DNA from: Octopus vulgaris
Lineage: Eukaryota
DNA: 64,000 nt
Reading direction: 5' to 3'
NCBI GenBank assembly: GCA_951406725.2
Contig: OX597815.1
Location: 38,440,001 to 38,504,000 of the forward strand
A program made the position numbers and the translations under genes. Below are positions 13,183 to 26,996 of the stretch, one piece after another. How positions within the stretch are numbered: the stretch's first letter is position 1; every line of letters begins with the position of its first letter. The notes beneath the pieces were generated by a model. The model ran no database searches and was not told where the DNA came from. It saw only the letters and a program-made list of their open reading frames with translations.

Positions 13183-13572
13183 GGTTGGATAGAAGCACTC
13201 CGTCGGTTACTACGACGAGGGTTCCGGTTGATCCGAATCAACGGAACAGCCTGCTCGTGAAATTAACGTGTAAGTGGCTGAGCACTCCACAGACACGTGT
13301 ACCCTTAACGTAGTTCTCGGGGATATTCAGCGTGACACAGAGAGTGACAAGGCCGGCCCTTTGAAATACAGGTACAACAGAAACAGGAAGTAAGAGTGAG
13401 AGAAGGCTGTGGTGAAAGAGTACAGCAGGCTTCCCCACCATCCCCTGCCGGAGGCTCGTGGAGCTTTAGGTGTTTTCGCTCAATAAACACTCAGAAGGCC
13501 CGGTCTGGGAATCGAAACCGCGATCTTATGACCGCGAGTCCGCTGCCCTAACCACTGGGCCATTGCGCCTCC
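13183..13572 (-). mobile_element. tRNA(Arg)-derived SINE, full length with TSD
   Basis: Head GGAGGCGCAATGGCCCAGTGGTTAGGGCAGCGGACTCGCGG...GGTTTCGATTCCC (A and B boxes); TSD AATCAAACATAT at 13171-13182 and 13573-13584. Confidence 0.9.
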
Positions 13573-13886
13573 AATCAAACATATATATATATACAAATAG
13601 ACACCAAATGCTACACCAGACGTGCAGTTAAAATTTACAAGGGTAACAAATATATACACAGTTCAGAAGTTCGGACAATCCTGGTTTTTGGTTTCCCCAA
13701 AATTGGCCTCACACAGATTTGGTTTTTCAAACCTTGGAATGTCATAAAATTTGTCTTTCAATTTGTTCTTCAACCATGGAGGGATGTAAAGCAAAACTGA
13801 TCTTGACGGGATTTGACCACAGAACGTAAAGTTTTGAAACAATTACAGCAAGGCATTTTCTCCGATGCGCTTATGATGCAACCAAT

Positions 13887-13953
<67 letters not shown>

Positions 13954-14089
13954 CACACATATACTATAAGATTCTAGCTCTGCCTCATTTTCATGTAACT
14001 GAATCTGCCATCACCACACACCTTGTAAACCCTTCAAACTATTGTGTGTAACCTGCCTTTTCTTATCAACGTGTTGGGTGGCATATAAA

Positions 14090-14215
14090 GGAAAGGAAAG
14101 CGTTAGCGCATCGAACGAAATGCTTAGCAGAATCTGTTCCAGTTTTCTACGTTCTGTGTTCAGATATTGACGAGGATAGCTTTGCTTGTTATTCTTCCGA
14201 GATCGATAAAATAAT
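14090..14215 (+). mobile_element. Old SINE copy of the 4678 family
   Basis: CGTTAGCGCATCGAACGAAATGCTTAGC...TACGTTCTGTGTTCAGAT...GATCGATAAAATA aligns with 4697-4805. Confidence 0.65.
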
Positions 14216-17200
14216 TTAAATTCTAAATAAGGATTCGCTAAAATGAGCGAAAGAAATAGAGTGGTTTATAAAAGCCTTTGATATATTTAGTTATCCTTCC
14301 TGAAGCATGAATTCAAATCGCCCCAAGGAAATTTTGTGTATCAAGATTTTAAATCAATAGATTAGAGGTGTGCTATTAAAAATAGTTGCTGCAATTGTAT
14401 ACAGACGGTGTTAGCGTGGCGATAAATATATTATCGTAATGGACTATGAAATGAATTTGTTGAGTTTTAAATTGAGTAATATCGAGACTGCAATTATATT
14501 AGCCTGGTGGCTGTTTCTTTTTGTTACTCTAGATCTTAATAAGCATATCTTTATAACACTTTACTACATTTGTGGTGTGAATGAACTTTTTCAACTGCTC
14601 TCATCGAAAGCTGACCAACCAAATCTGTAAGATTTTTCTGCAGTCAAAGAGACGCTTGTGAAACAAACGATTTCGAAATATATGATTACATTCTGATTGC
14701 AGAAAACTGCAGTTTATCTATTTTTCTTTTGTTTGTTTTCCCCAACAGCAATGACATTTGTTACTTCATTCTCTCACCATTTGTTATAAAAGCAAAGATA
14801 ACTCAAAATTAGTGCTATTGATTTCCACAAAGGAGATACAACTGTCTTTCGATGTCATATTAATTCAGGACTGCCAATAAAATATACATCTTAGTGAACC
14901 AAAAATCTTCTTTAAAAATCCTCATTTAATCAATTAAAATGACATCCATAAGTTGCAATTTTAACCAAACTGAAACATCTGTAGCCTCCATATTTGTCAA
15001 AAGTAATGGAGGCAAGTGGTCGAAAACTGTTAGAAACATAAATGAAGTGACGTGTAGTAAGATGTAATTCTGATTTTATTAAGTACATTTTTACCCCTAT
15101 CATGTTTCTGTCTTATTGGGACTTCTTAGCGAAGCATTATATTCACCAAGCTGAACTTGGTTTTGAAGTATATATAGCTTTTTCAAAACAAATATGATTT
15201 CTCTGTTAAACATTTGTCTGTTGTAGTGTGTGCTGAGTATGTAACAGGGATTAACTATTCCTCTACAAAGACTATATTACGACCTGTATAGACAAGAGGT
15301 GAAAATTAATTATTTAACTACAGTAGGAAATTAGTCATAAGACATGACTTTCATCACTGCATCAACTGAATTCTCAAATGAATTGCTTTTGTTGTCATTC
15401 CAATTAAATTTATCTTACTAATACCTTCCACATCAAATCTCCCTTCTAATTATCTCTCACAGATAACTCTATCGTCTCTGCTAGAATCTTGATATTCGTC
15501 GCCGTGTAACGAATTTAGCAGAATATTTTATATATATGATAAAAACTTTGTTGTCAAATAATCTGTCTTTTCAGTGGCAAGAACAAGTGGGTGGGTATAA
15601 ACTGAGGCTTTTATCGAAAACAGAGAACAGGCAAAAAAAAAAATATCTCTGCAACCGGAAATCTTTCTCAAATGTGTTCGGATCATTGCACTTCTGATAT
15701 TTTTTACATTAGTACAACAACAAAAAATTTTAGGAATGAGATTTAATTAATTGCTTTGATATGCTATAAACGAACCCGAAAGATGAAAGATAATGTTGAT
15801 ATCAATATGGTTTCAAATACGAAACCAAATATTGTTTAGCATTTAATAATCTCTCTCTTAATTTCTAATTGATCGCTGTCTTAATTATTGAGCTTTTACT
15901 CTTCCACAATCCCTCGACAACTTAGTTGATAGATACAGTCAATAGAATCTATTCCTGTAAATTACTGCTATTTTATCTGCACACAGAGTAATGCTTTAAA
16001 TCTAATCCCTTTCACCAACCCAATATAGATGAACACAGCTAAATACATAAAAGAAATCGATCGCTACTACAGTTTCTAATAGTCCACTACAGTTGATCTG
16101 TTATAAGGTCGTCCTACACGTTATATTTTACAAATATTGGAACACTGATTATTTAATGAATTTATACGGAATTTTAATTGAGCATCCCGTAAGTATTGGA
16201 CATTTAGAGTTACATTAATGTTTAAACGCTTCCTAGCTAACGAGGGAAAGCAATGATATACAGCCTATATGATTTGGAATTGAGATTCTCTAAGAGAACA
16301 AAATAATTCATGGAATTTATTTTTGTACTGCACTAATATTAGTTCAAATACCCCTGGCCCTGTCCATGGCCTTTATCGTATGGCGTAACGCGAATAAACA
16401 GTGATTCTATTTCGAAAAGGCATTAATTATTAAAATCCGAACTAAAATTAGAAGATAGTCTTATTTTAAAATTAGTTCTAATATATAATTAGACATACAG
16501 AAACATTACGAAATATTTCTATTACTTTCTCTCTCTCTCTCTCTCCTTCTAAACCCGTTTGTCCTCCAGCTCCCTCCCCACTCGCTCTTCGAACTATTAA
16601 GTATTTCCTAACGCTACAATTTTTCAAGAAAATATAAAACCTTCTGCAAATTCCCACTATTATTTTAATGACAGTAAATGTATCGAAGCTCAGGGATGAA
16701 GATCAATACTCTTATATTTTGGTATGCCGTTCCACCGCGTCTAACATACCACTGAAACATTTCCATTAAGCTTGGGTTGATTTATTGTGATGAGGAATAA
16801 ATTGTGCTCATACTTATGTTGTTGATGCATTTGAATGAAATATATCTAGAGACTGTACGTTACTATTGCAGTTTGGTGTAAGATATTTAATGCATGATTT
16901 TGTTTTAGTGTATGGCCGTAGTAATGAGATCTGTTGACAAATATCTTCTCAAGAAACTTTACCTATAACTTTATCTAGGAGACTCATATCTAAAACCGTT
17001 ATCGTAACCATCTCGCTAACAAGATGAAACTTCAAAGGAAATACTCAACAACAAATCTACAAAGGAAAGAAATATATGATACATCTTCCTAAAATAACTG
17101 TGAAATAAAATGTAATGCAACAACCAGAAATAGTAAATGGAATAATGGAATTCCTAAACTTATAAATATGTTTTTGTACCGTGAGTGTAAAGTAATTGTG

Positions 17201-17840
17201 ATCTTTTCGGTGGTGTCTTTCTTCGACGTTTTACTAAGCAATCTAATGTCAACCGCCTTAACAATTGACGAGTAATATTTAAAAACATAGTAAAAATAAA
17301 GTTCTTCTTCATAGAAGGTACACTACTACTTATACTAGAGATCTCGATATACGAAACAACTTCAAATGCCTAAATGGAAATTTCAAACTCAATTTAAATC
17401 GCAGTACATGCAAGGTATCCTGCATTGCTCAGAAGTTTAACTTTATTCCTACAAGAAAAATCCATAAAATTCAGCTTAACAGACATATACTACCGTCTTC
17501 AAACAGAAAGGTTATTATGCAGTGTAGTCGTAGACATAAGAAAATAAGTTTTAAAAGAAGAAAAGGGATTCGAATAATTTAAATAGTATGTTTATCAGTC
17601 AGGATTAACGTAAGAGTAAAAGCAACAACACCAGCATCAAGAAGTGAACGAGAAAGCGTCTACGTAATTACTCCTCATACTAAGCTAGAAATGGCAGCCT
17701 AATGTCCCTCATATCACACACTACAAAATGAGAAGAAGGATACATTGGACAATGTATTCAAGAATATACAATGTCGAAAAGACTCATATGGTAAGATTAG
17801 GGCCGAAATGTCTATAACCGTACGCCTATTTGATCTAGAC

Positions 17841-17985
17841 CAGTGGTTTTCAACCGGGGTCCTTATGGCTCTTGGGGGTCTATAAGTATCTTGGGTGTCG
17901 ATATGGCTCTCGGGTATCTATATTGCTCTTGAGGGTCCATATGGAATTTTGGGGTCCATATGGCTCTTGGGTGGATGTCCATGTA
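17841..17985 (+). mobile_element. hAT (Charlie-like) MITE left end with internal ~19-20-bp repeats
   Basis: CAGTGGTTTTCAACC preceded by ATCTAGAC (Charlie-type nTCTAGAn target); about six degenerate GGGGTCCATATGGCTCTT units; right TIR not found. Confidence 0.6.
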
Positions 17986-18221
17986 AGATTTCATAGTTAA
18001 AATTCATCTGAAGGTGTGACTGTGTGGTAAGAAGCTTGCTTCCCATTGCGCATGCGTTTCATTGTCAGTCTTGTTCGTACCACTGATTGAAGTCACCACG
18101 CAGGTTTGAACCTGGTGAAATAGTGATTAAAAAAGAATCTCAACTGTAAGATATGACTTTTCTTTTTGGGGTCCAGTGGGGCTTTGTTGTTTGCTGTGTA
18201 TGTTTATGTGTATGTGTTGCC

Positions 18222-18532
18222 CATATATATATACTTAGTTGTTATCTGAACGCCCTAATGGGCGTTCTATTTTCCTTGCTGGAAGGGTTCTCAACCCGTG
18301 GGCAAAGTGGGGTTGCATGAAAACAAAATCGATGAATGGAGAAAGTCGATAAACCAATTCCTTATGGGATTTCCCAATCAAATTGTCTGCAGAATTGCAG
18401 CCAAAAGTTTACCACTTTCAACGGATTTCACTCAAATTTGATATCGATGTTACTTAGTTTGCTTTGAAATAAAGAGCTTGATTAGCTTAATAATCCTAAC
18501 TTCATCCCGAGCAGAGCCGGGATATACTGCTA

Positions 18533-18533
<1 letters not shown>
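18222..18533 (+). mobile_element. Non-autonomous Helitron (3' end clear, 5' end approximate)
   Basis: ATCCCGAGCAGAGCCGGGAT hairpin then ATACTGCTAG|T into (TA)n, nearly the same terminus as 3294-3321. Confidence 0.7.
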
Positions 18534-18583
<50 letters not shown>

Positions 18584-19545
18584 CAGAAGTTACATGTAAA
18601 ATATCTGAATTGTTTTTGTGACGAATTTTTATATATTGATCCTCTCGGAAATGATTTCATGTTTTAAAACTTATTGCTTGATACTAAATCCAATAAATCT
18701 CAGTCAAAATTATCCAACAGTGGGTTCTGAGATGGATTAATAAGAACTAGAGATTTCTATTAGCTAACAGCATTTCAATATTTCTTAATCTTTTCTAATA
18801 ATCCTAAAGAAACAAAATATATCTTAACGTTCGTGAAAAGAAATGTAACTGCTTAGATAAAAGATTTAACGCTAATAGAAAAGAATAATAAATTTGTAAG
18901 CATAGAATAGCTTTCATAGATGCTCTTATAAGTTATCTTCTCCATAAATAATTAATTGCGCATTTCATCTTATATTATAAGCTTCCATTCTAATTTGTTC
19001 CATCTAATATTTATTTTATAGCATTTATTGTAACATATTATCCTCAGTGTTTATTTAATTGTCTGTCTGCTTATTTGTCTTCCCTTGTTTCTTTCTCTCT
19101 CTCCGTCTCTCTCCCTCTCTCACTATACATATTATACACGCATATATGAGTGCGTGGACGCGTATGCGTATTATGTATGTTTCAATTTGTGTATGAGTTA
19201 ATATGCGTATAAGTTATCTCATTCAAATTAATTACCAAAGTATTTTAATATATTAATTGCATAATAATATGGACGATCAGGTTACTATTTTAATTGTACA
19301 ACCAGTTGTCGGGTATTGAATGAAATTTCGAAATATCAGCGAAGTGTTTGCTTTTATATTATTCTCAAACTCTTCCTCAGAACAGCCACTTTAGCCAATT
19401 TATTTCTACGCAGATTCATTACTGCTATGGTTATTGCATTGTAGTTATGATATAGTAGAGTGTAGTGACATATAAATCGGCACCCTATTAAATATATTAT
19501 ATTTAATAATGTATATTTATAGTGCTTAAGCATTAAGTGAGTGTT

Positions 19546-19607
<62 letters not shown>

Positions 19608-19835
19608 GAATAAATAAATGGAGTTTAACGCAGGTGTAATCAAATATTTTTAATTTTGACACATGTTTCGAAAATTACACCATATATTATTCAAAATATT
19701 CAACGTAAACACGAAGTTTCTACCTTTATAAACAAGGAGTTACAACACATTTACTTGTGATATTTTTGCTGCCCTGGTAACTATTTATTTTTTTTTTCCA
19801 TGTTAATTGTTAACAAGGTAAAAATACACTCATCA

Positions 19836-19899
<64 letters not shown>

Positions 19900-21430
19900 T
19901 TTATAGAAGGAGCTTCTACAGGACTAGAACTGTTTCATTCAAAAGAAATCATCAGGAAGCTAGGTGACAAGAATAGTTTTGGCATTTATACACTAGGTGA
20001 CAAGAATAGTTTTGGCATTTATACCACTTAGGTGGTGGGGGACTTTTTGGGGTAGGCATGGCGCAAACTATCATTCTTAGTGATTGGCTTTTTTTCAAGA
20101 TGGGTGTTTGACACTGCTGCCCTCTTCTGAGTTTCCTGCCTTGGTATACGTTCATGTTCAACTACACCTTGCATAGCTGGAGGTCAAGATGTTTCCTGAA
20201 AACACTTATACCTACTCCATGAAGATCTCTCAAATGTTTTAGGAAGGCGTTGAATAGCTGCGGGTCCGTGAATCACAAGCTATTGTAGTACATAGTCCTC
20301 ACTGTAGATATGATAGCTGGGTCTTTTGCAAAAATCCAGTGACGTCCAGTTCGAGGGCTGGTATAGCTCTCGATGCGAAAGTTTGATGCCAGCTCCTCCA
20401 GGATCTCTCATACGGATATGACTGCATACCTCTCTCGTCTTCGATCCAGGGAGTAGAGTCGTAGCTCTTTCAGTCTCTCCCAGTAGCCCAGCTGTTCCAT
20501 TGATGCAACCTTTCCGATGTAGCACCGCTGAACTGCCTCAAGTTCTGCTATCAATTTGACAATATTGGGTGACCGCAGTTGTGGCCAGTATGCCAGACGG
20601 CTGAGTACAAATGTACTCAAAAGAACCAGATTAGTTTACTGGTCCCTTGTTCTGTAGGTTCTCAGAATCCATCCGCCATTCGCCTGTACGTTGCCACAAT
20701 CTTGGGGATATGTACGTGAAACGAGGCATCGTTGCTCATATCAATCCCGAGGTCACTGTACGTGATACTTGGATTGCCGCTCCATTTTGTTGTAATCATC
20801 TTTGTTGCAGTTTGTGAGCACCAAACTTGAGCTAGGAATTTACCTGCATTAAATAGTATATTGTTTTCTACAGCCCATTTATATATGGAATTTAGGTCCT
20901 TCTGTAGGTCATATAGGCGCATTACCTCCCATGACAGCGCGTAAACAAGCTGGATATACAGGAAGAGGGCGCTACACAGCATTGAGGTTCAGACATGTGA
21001 CCTCATCTCTTTCTCTTTTTCTGTAAGGAAACGCAAGCTATAAGGACGTAACTTGACTTGCTCTATCTTAGGCCTCCGGTCAGCTAGCGGATAGGAGCAT
21101 TGCACAGAAGACTATGACCCTTACACAATAACCATTCTATTTGTCATTCCATTGTGTATGCATGTGTGGCCGCAAAGAAACGTGTTTAAGTTACAACCTT
21201 GCTCGTATGTGTTTCCGTTCGTGTTTACTACTAGCGAAATTACAGCCTTCTGAGAGTCATATTAGGTGGCTCAATATCGACCTGCACCATCTAAAATAGG
21301 TTCCTTGACAACTTCTAATGTTTTTGTGTTGTCTGCATAGCTAGTAAATGTGGCTGTCTGTGAAATTGATGGTACATCTCAAAAAGCAACTTTGAACGAT
21401 AGCGGCCCTAATACAGTTCCATGAAGCACT
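19900..21430 (-). mobile_element. Decayed CR1-group LINE, 3' half
   Basis: GVLHGTVLGPL...SYADNTK (RT), LQKDLNSIYKWA..N...FNAGK, DLGI, LEAVQR, LGYWERLKELRLYSLDRRRERY; unrelated insert at ~20915-21280. Confidence 0.85.
19911..19961 (-). ncRNA. Candidate type I hammerhead ribozyme
   Basis: AGCTTC-CTGATGA-tTTC tttt GAAt-GAA-ACAG ttctagtc CTGT-A-GAAGCT: 6-bp stem I, canonical core, 3-bp stem II with U-U closing mismatch, 4-bp stem III, GUA cleavage triplet. Confidence 0.7.
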
Positions 21431-21446
21431 CCATATATATATATGG

Positions 21447-21641
21447 AGTGACCGCGTGTGTACTGTTGGCGATTTCTTTCCTCCGTCTTCCCTTCTTTGG
21501 ATCTTTCCTTTTCCTATGTTTCTGACGAAGAGCTCCGCTCGAAACGTTAAACCCTCCTTCTTTCCTGAGCGTCCAATAATACTATACTTGTTCCACGTCC
21601 TCGCGTTGTTGTGTTTTCTCTTTGTGTTTTCATGTTTGGAT

Positions 21642-21645
<4 letters not shown>
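21447..21645 (+). mobile_element. ~200-bp Penelope-like element with minimal hammerhead, copy 1
   Basis: Near-identical to 22498-22702; GTTT-CTGACGA-A-GAGC tcc GCTC-GAA-ACGT-T-AAAC at 21517-21552; flanked by (TA)n. Confidence 0.7.
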
Positions 21646-21697
<52 letters not shown>

Positions 21698-22375
21698 AAT
21701 GTACGCATATATGTGTGTTTGTGTGTATGTGTCTGTATGTATGTATACACACATACATATATATATATATACATGTATGTATGTATGTATGTATATACAT
21801 TTATACAGGGAGACCCAGAGAGAGAGAGAGAGAAAGAGAAAGATAGAGAGCGTGTGAGAGAGGGGTTTTTAGATATATAGCCACATTTACACGGATATGC
21901 ATACACGAGATTTTATGACTTGCCTTTCATGTCACACTAACGAAAACTCTGTGGTGTAAAACTCGCATTTTCAAAATGTAATTCAATTGAAATTAACAGC
22001 ATCGCCTATATTATAAACTGAGTAACATTTTCTTTGCATTCGTCAAGAAAAGTGCTGGGCCTCAATATATGTATGCATCAATGTATGCATATATCTACGT
22101 ATGTATATATGTGTGTGTGTGTATTCTTGATTGTTAAGGTTATGTACTCTTCTCAAGAAAGCATTTGTATCAGCTGCCAATGCGCAGTTGATCTATACTC
22201 CGTGGAAGCGAGAGGATTTCAATAAATCAAGAATTTATTCAGTATGTCATTCGGTATATTCTTATTCGACTTTTTGTTCAAATTGCTGCCGCTGGGCATT
22301 CTAATTTTTTCATCTTAACACAATTTTTCTGTCCACATACGTACACACACGCAGATACACACACACATATATATA

Positions 22376-22411
<36 letters not shown>

Positions 22412-22423
22412 TGTATGTATATG

Positions 22424-22489
<66 letters not shown>

Positions 22490-22497
22490 TATATAAA

Positions 22498-22702
22498 ATG
22501 TGACCGCGTGTGTACCGTTGGCGATTTTTTTCTTCCGTCTTCCCTTCTCTGGATCTTTCCCTTTCCTATGTTTCTGACGAAGAGCTCCGCTCGAAACGTT
22601 AAACACCCCTTCTTTCCTTCTTTCCTGAGCATCCAATAACACTATACTTGTTTCACGTTCTCGCGTTGTGTTTTCTCTTTGTGTTTTCATGTTTGGATTA
22701 AC
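22498..22702 (+). mobile_element. ~200-bp Penelope-like element with minimal hammerhead, copy 2
   Basis: TGTTT-CTGACGA-A-GAGC tcc GCTC-GAA-ACGT-T-AAACA at 22569-22605 with a 5-bp stem I; flanked by (TA)n. Confidence 0.7.
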
Positions 22703-22954
22703 TTTTATATATATATATATACATACATACATTCCTATCTATCTATCTGTCTGTCTCTCTGTCTGTTATATATCTATCTATCATTAAAGGAATATATATT
22801 TATACACACACACACATGCGTGTATGTGTTCGTGTATGTCGTGATCGTGTATATTAATATGCATTGTGAGAACGAGTGTCTGTGTATGTTTTATATATAT
22901 ATATATTTTCATGTGAACCACACATACTTATGCACGCGTACACGCTTACCTACG

Positions 22955-22985
<31 letters not shown>

Positions 22986-23653
22986 ACACACACACATACT
23001 TATAAACACATCACTGTTATCTGAAAAAGTCTGTAGGCAAGTTCATCAGTTGACTAACAATTTGAGGACAGAACTTTTTTTCCATGCAGACTGAGTTAAG
23101 AACTAAAGCTACATCTGATTGCTTATCTAACAATGAAATACTAATTTACATCTTTGTATGAAGCTGGAATAGAAATGATGAGCAACGATAATCTTGTTTT
23201 TATTCTTTGAATTTATCGTGATTAAGTTCAATATCAGCTACTTCTGGATTTTTTTTTTCCACTTGTCAATTATATATTTCTTTTTTGTAATCGATTATTT
23301 AGCAATATAACAACAACAGCCGGCTTGACAGAAGCAACACCAGCAGCAGGTAGAGACAATAAAAATAACAATAGCAACAACAACAGTGATGTAAGAAGGC
23401 CAGAGGTCTGTAGAGGCGGTATTTATAGTTGATTAACATGGCATCAATACATGACTGAATTTATCGATCCCAATTACGTGAAAAGCAAAGAAATAAAAAA
23501 GCAGTTTATTTTTTTTAGATGTAATTAAGTCTGAAGCTGCAACATCTGCATGAAGAAATAAAATAGTTATGAAAGAAATCAGCATATATGATGCAAAATA
23601 TGGCTATGGTAGCAATTAATATTAATTGATATAAAATATATAATTATGTAAAG

Positions 23654-23711
<58 letters not shown>

Positions 23712-26426
23712 GTGTACATGAATATGCGTATATGTGTGTACTCTTTGTGTCTTTTTGTGTTTGTTTGTGTGTGTGTGTGTGTTTATGTGTGTTTGTTTCT
23801 AACTGTAAGCACTCGCATACAGACGTAAATGTGCATACAATCAAACATGCATGTGTGTGTGTGTGTGTATATATATACTAACAGTATACTAAAACTGTAA
23901 TATAAAACTGTGAATATACTAATGTAAAATAGAGGAATATTTAATGATAAATGCGATGCTAGTGATTATTTAACATCACTTAAATTTTGATACTTATAAG
24001 GAATATTGTGAATGACATAAAACCGCTCAAATCTAAATTCTATAATTTTTTGCTAGGAATTATTTGATAAGTATCCAAAACTTCCACTCTTGGATGATGA
24101 AAAGGAGTTATTGAACGGTCCGTCACTCATTTACATATCAAAATCAATACTTTGTGGTAAGTTATTTCTTTTGGATTGCGGGGAAAAAGGAGGTTAAATA
24201 AATAAAAAAAAAAAAAATTATAAAAATTAATGAGACAAGAAGTAAGAAGATTATACGATTTGTTTTAGTGAGTTGATATCAATAACTATCAATTTTTTCG
24301 ATTTGAGATTGGGAAGTAGAGTGTCTCACTATAAATTTATGGGAAGTATATTTTGTCATCAAAGAGCGAATACAGAGGATATGATTGCTCTTGCTAAATG
24401 GTTAAGTATTATAAGACACAGTTAGGTGGCAGTGTAGCGTCTCAGCAAATACTTATCAAACTGTTAAAATTTATTGAAGAGCTCTGCATTTAGAATGATA
24501 ACTTTTTGAATACCTTTAATAGTTTCTACTTTACGATTGTGCACAGCCCGTAGGCTTTGAAGAATATATTTAAGTTTTAGATTATCTGACTTTTTCCCAC
24601 TTTATGGCGAATACACTACCGCACTCTTTGCAGTCTTGATCTAATTTCTGTAGCATCCTCCTTTTCTACAACTCTGAAGTAAGAAGTATGATTGAAATAT
24701 ATCTTGGACGATATTGGAACACCATCCATTGTTTATGATATACACAGCATTCATATCCGAACTGGAGGCAGTGAGTTCTCCCTCGTGGATATTTGCATGG
24801 ACGGTATACGACTGATTAAGATGGCTTATACTTGAATTTCTATGTTTACAGTTCGACGTGAACGTTTTTGTCGCATTAAGAGTTATAAAATTTTTCTCAA
24901 TGATACAGCTGCAATTTGACTTCTGGTCGTATTTATTGAATAATTTCTGTTATCGATAATGAAGGGGAAGTTTTTATTTAATAAGGTTAAGAATTGTTTA
25001 GTCATGTTAAAGATTTAAAGAAAATTAAAATGTCAACCAGATATTATGGCATATTTTATTGATAATTGTTGATTTGAATTGGAGATTTAATCATTCACTT
25101 TCACGCCGGTAGCTTGTAATGTTCTAGAAAAGTAGGGTCTTAATAAGAGGTTAGAGTTTCTTCTACTGATATTATTGATGAAAATTTTTTAAATCATGTG
25201 CGGTGATAGGATTCTATGATAATATAAAGTTTTCTTGAATTTACTATATGGCTTGCTAGGTTGAGGGAAACATTTATAATTTAAGACTATTAAAGGTAAT
25301 AATTATTTTCAGACTGAACTTAAATATGGTATTATTATTTTCTCCTAATTGTATATAATATATATATTGTTTAGTGTGTTGTAATGTATGCATTCTATTG
25401 CCTCTATTGGCCGGTATCTGTTGAGGCGAATTTATTTCTATGTGTCTTGGATATTTTAGATATCTAAGATAAAGAAACAGACGAGGTCAACTACCTTTCT
25501 ATTATCAAACGACACCAAGCTAAGCTCAAAGACATCTATAGGATAAGATTTTCTACCCATGTATAATTTCTACTGTGTTTAATGATATCTTATTATGTAT
25601 ACAGTTACATACATTAAAAAATACTTGAGTATTGATAAGTAGAGATATTAAATTAGAGGGGACAACATCGAACTCAGTAAAATTAGTAACTTTTATTGTT
25701 AATGTTGTAAGCTAATGACTTTACTGCTGACATTACATTGCTGGAGGTTGGTTACATATACCACTTAAACATAAATTAAATTAAAGAGAAATATCTCCCG
25801 AGTATAGAAAAGGAACAAGTGGAAATCAAGAAAAGGAAATTAACCGAGAGATGGGTTTCTTCTACTCATAAAATTTCTTTACATACACGTCTGGAAAGAA
25901 AATATAGATTACAGAATTGTATTAAAATTTTAATTCCTTGCATTAATGTTTGTTTCAAACATCCCTATGTAATTACAAGTGAAACTGTAAACATATTTCT
26001 GTTACAGAATCAAAATATCTATCGAGTCATCTATTACTTGGTTATAAAATGTTACGGTGAAAGTTAGTGAGATCTCAATGTCACCCTGAAAGCAATACAT
26101 CACTCAAAAAATTGATCCGTCAAAAATCATCTATAGAAATTTGCAGTCGTTTGTTCTGCATCCATAAAACCTCTGTTTTATCTTACATGCATAAAAGCCT
26201 TGACATCCTAATATACACAAAAGAATGAATATAGTAAGTATTGTATATTTGGACCTACATGGACATCGTCATTCTCATCATTCCTTTTAGAATCAATGCC
26301 ATATATGACTATATCAATATATATATGACTTAACAGAATCGAAAAGCTCTTAGCTTTATATAGATATAAATGTATATGAAGTATCCACTCGCACACGCTC
26401 ACACATAGACAATCACATAACTATAT

Positions 26427-26859
26427 GATGGCTGACCCTCGTTATCGAGTATGGCCATTGCGCGAAGCTTAATCAATGTTGTTATCGTGCAATGCCTGTG
26501 CAAGAATATTCTTTTTTAAAGTGAGGAAAGGCTGTGCACTGAGTCAATCCCACTCACTAAGCAACAGCAGCCATAATCCGAAAAGAAGAACAAGTCAACA
26601 TCATCGGTAACCACTGAGCCGCAGGTTTTATGTCGGAGTTATCTCAGTTACCTGAGTTACCTTCTAGAAGGATGCCCTAACAAAGGCTAGGAGTCCTTCA
26701 CTCTCAATGGTTTAACTGCGCGATCGGGTATTCAGTCCGATTATTTCTATGTCCTCACCAAGCAAGCTTGGTGGGGTTGCCGGTTTAGTCGCCGACGACC
26801 CGACCTTGCAACAGGTTGTACTGGGTTACATGTTACCAGTAGCACTCGAAAGTGACCTG
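26427..26859 (-). mobile_element. Short non-autonomous retroelement, probably a bipartite RTE derivative (5' UTR plus 3' UTR)
   Basis: 12-bp TSD ACATAACTATAT at 26415-26426 and 26860-26871; no tRNA head; RTE 5'-UTR-like GGTCGGGTCG...AACCGGCAACCCCACC; hairpin CTCGATAACGAG near the 3' end. Confidence 0.7.
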
Positions 26860-26948
26860 ACATAACTATATACATACATGTCTCTCTCCTCTCTCGCTTT
26901 CTCTCTCTCACTCTCTCTCTCTCTCTATTATATATATATATATATATA

Positions 26949-26995
<47 letters not shown>

Positions 26996-26996
<1 letters not shown>

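Noticed and set aside
13500-13572. tRNA-Arg-like sequence
   Set aside because: It is a SINE head that continues into the SINE body and is bounded by a TSD; not a standalone tRNA gene
17855-17975. Short ~20-bp repeat array
   Set aside because: Contiguous subterminal repeats of a hAT MITE, with no spacers
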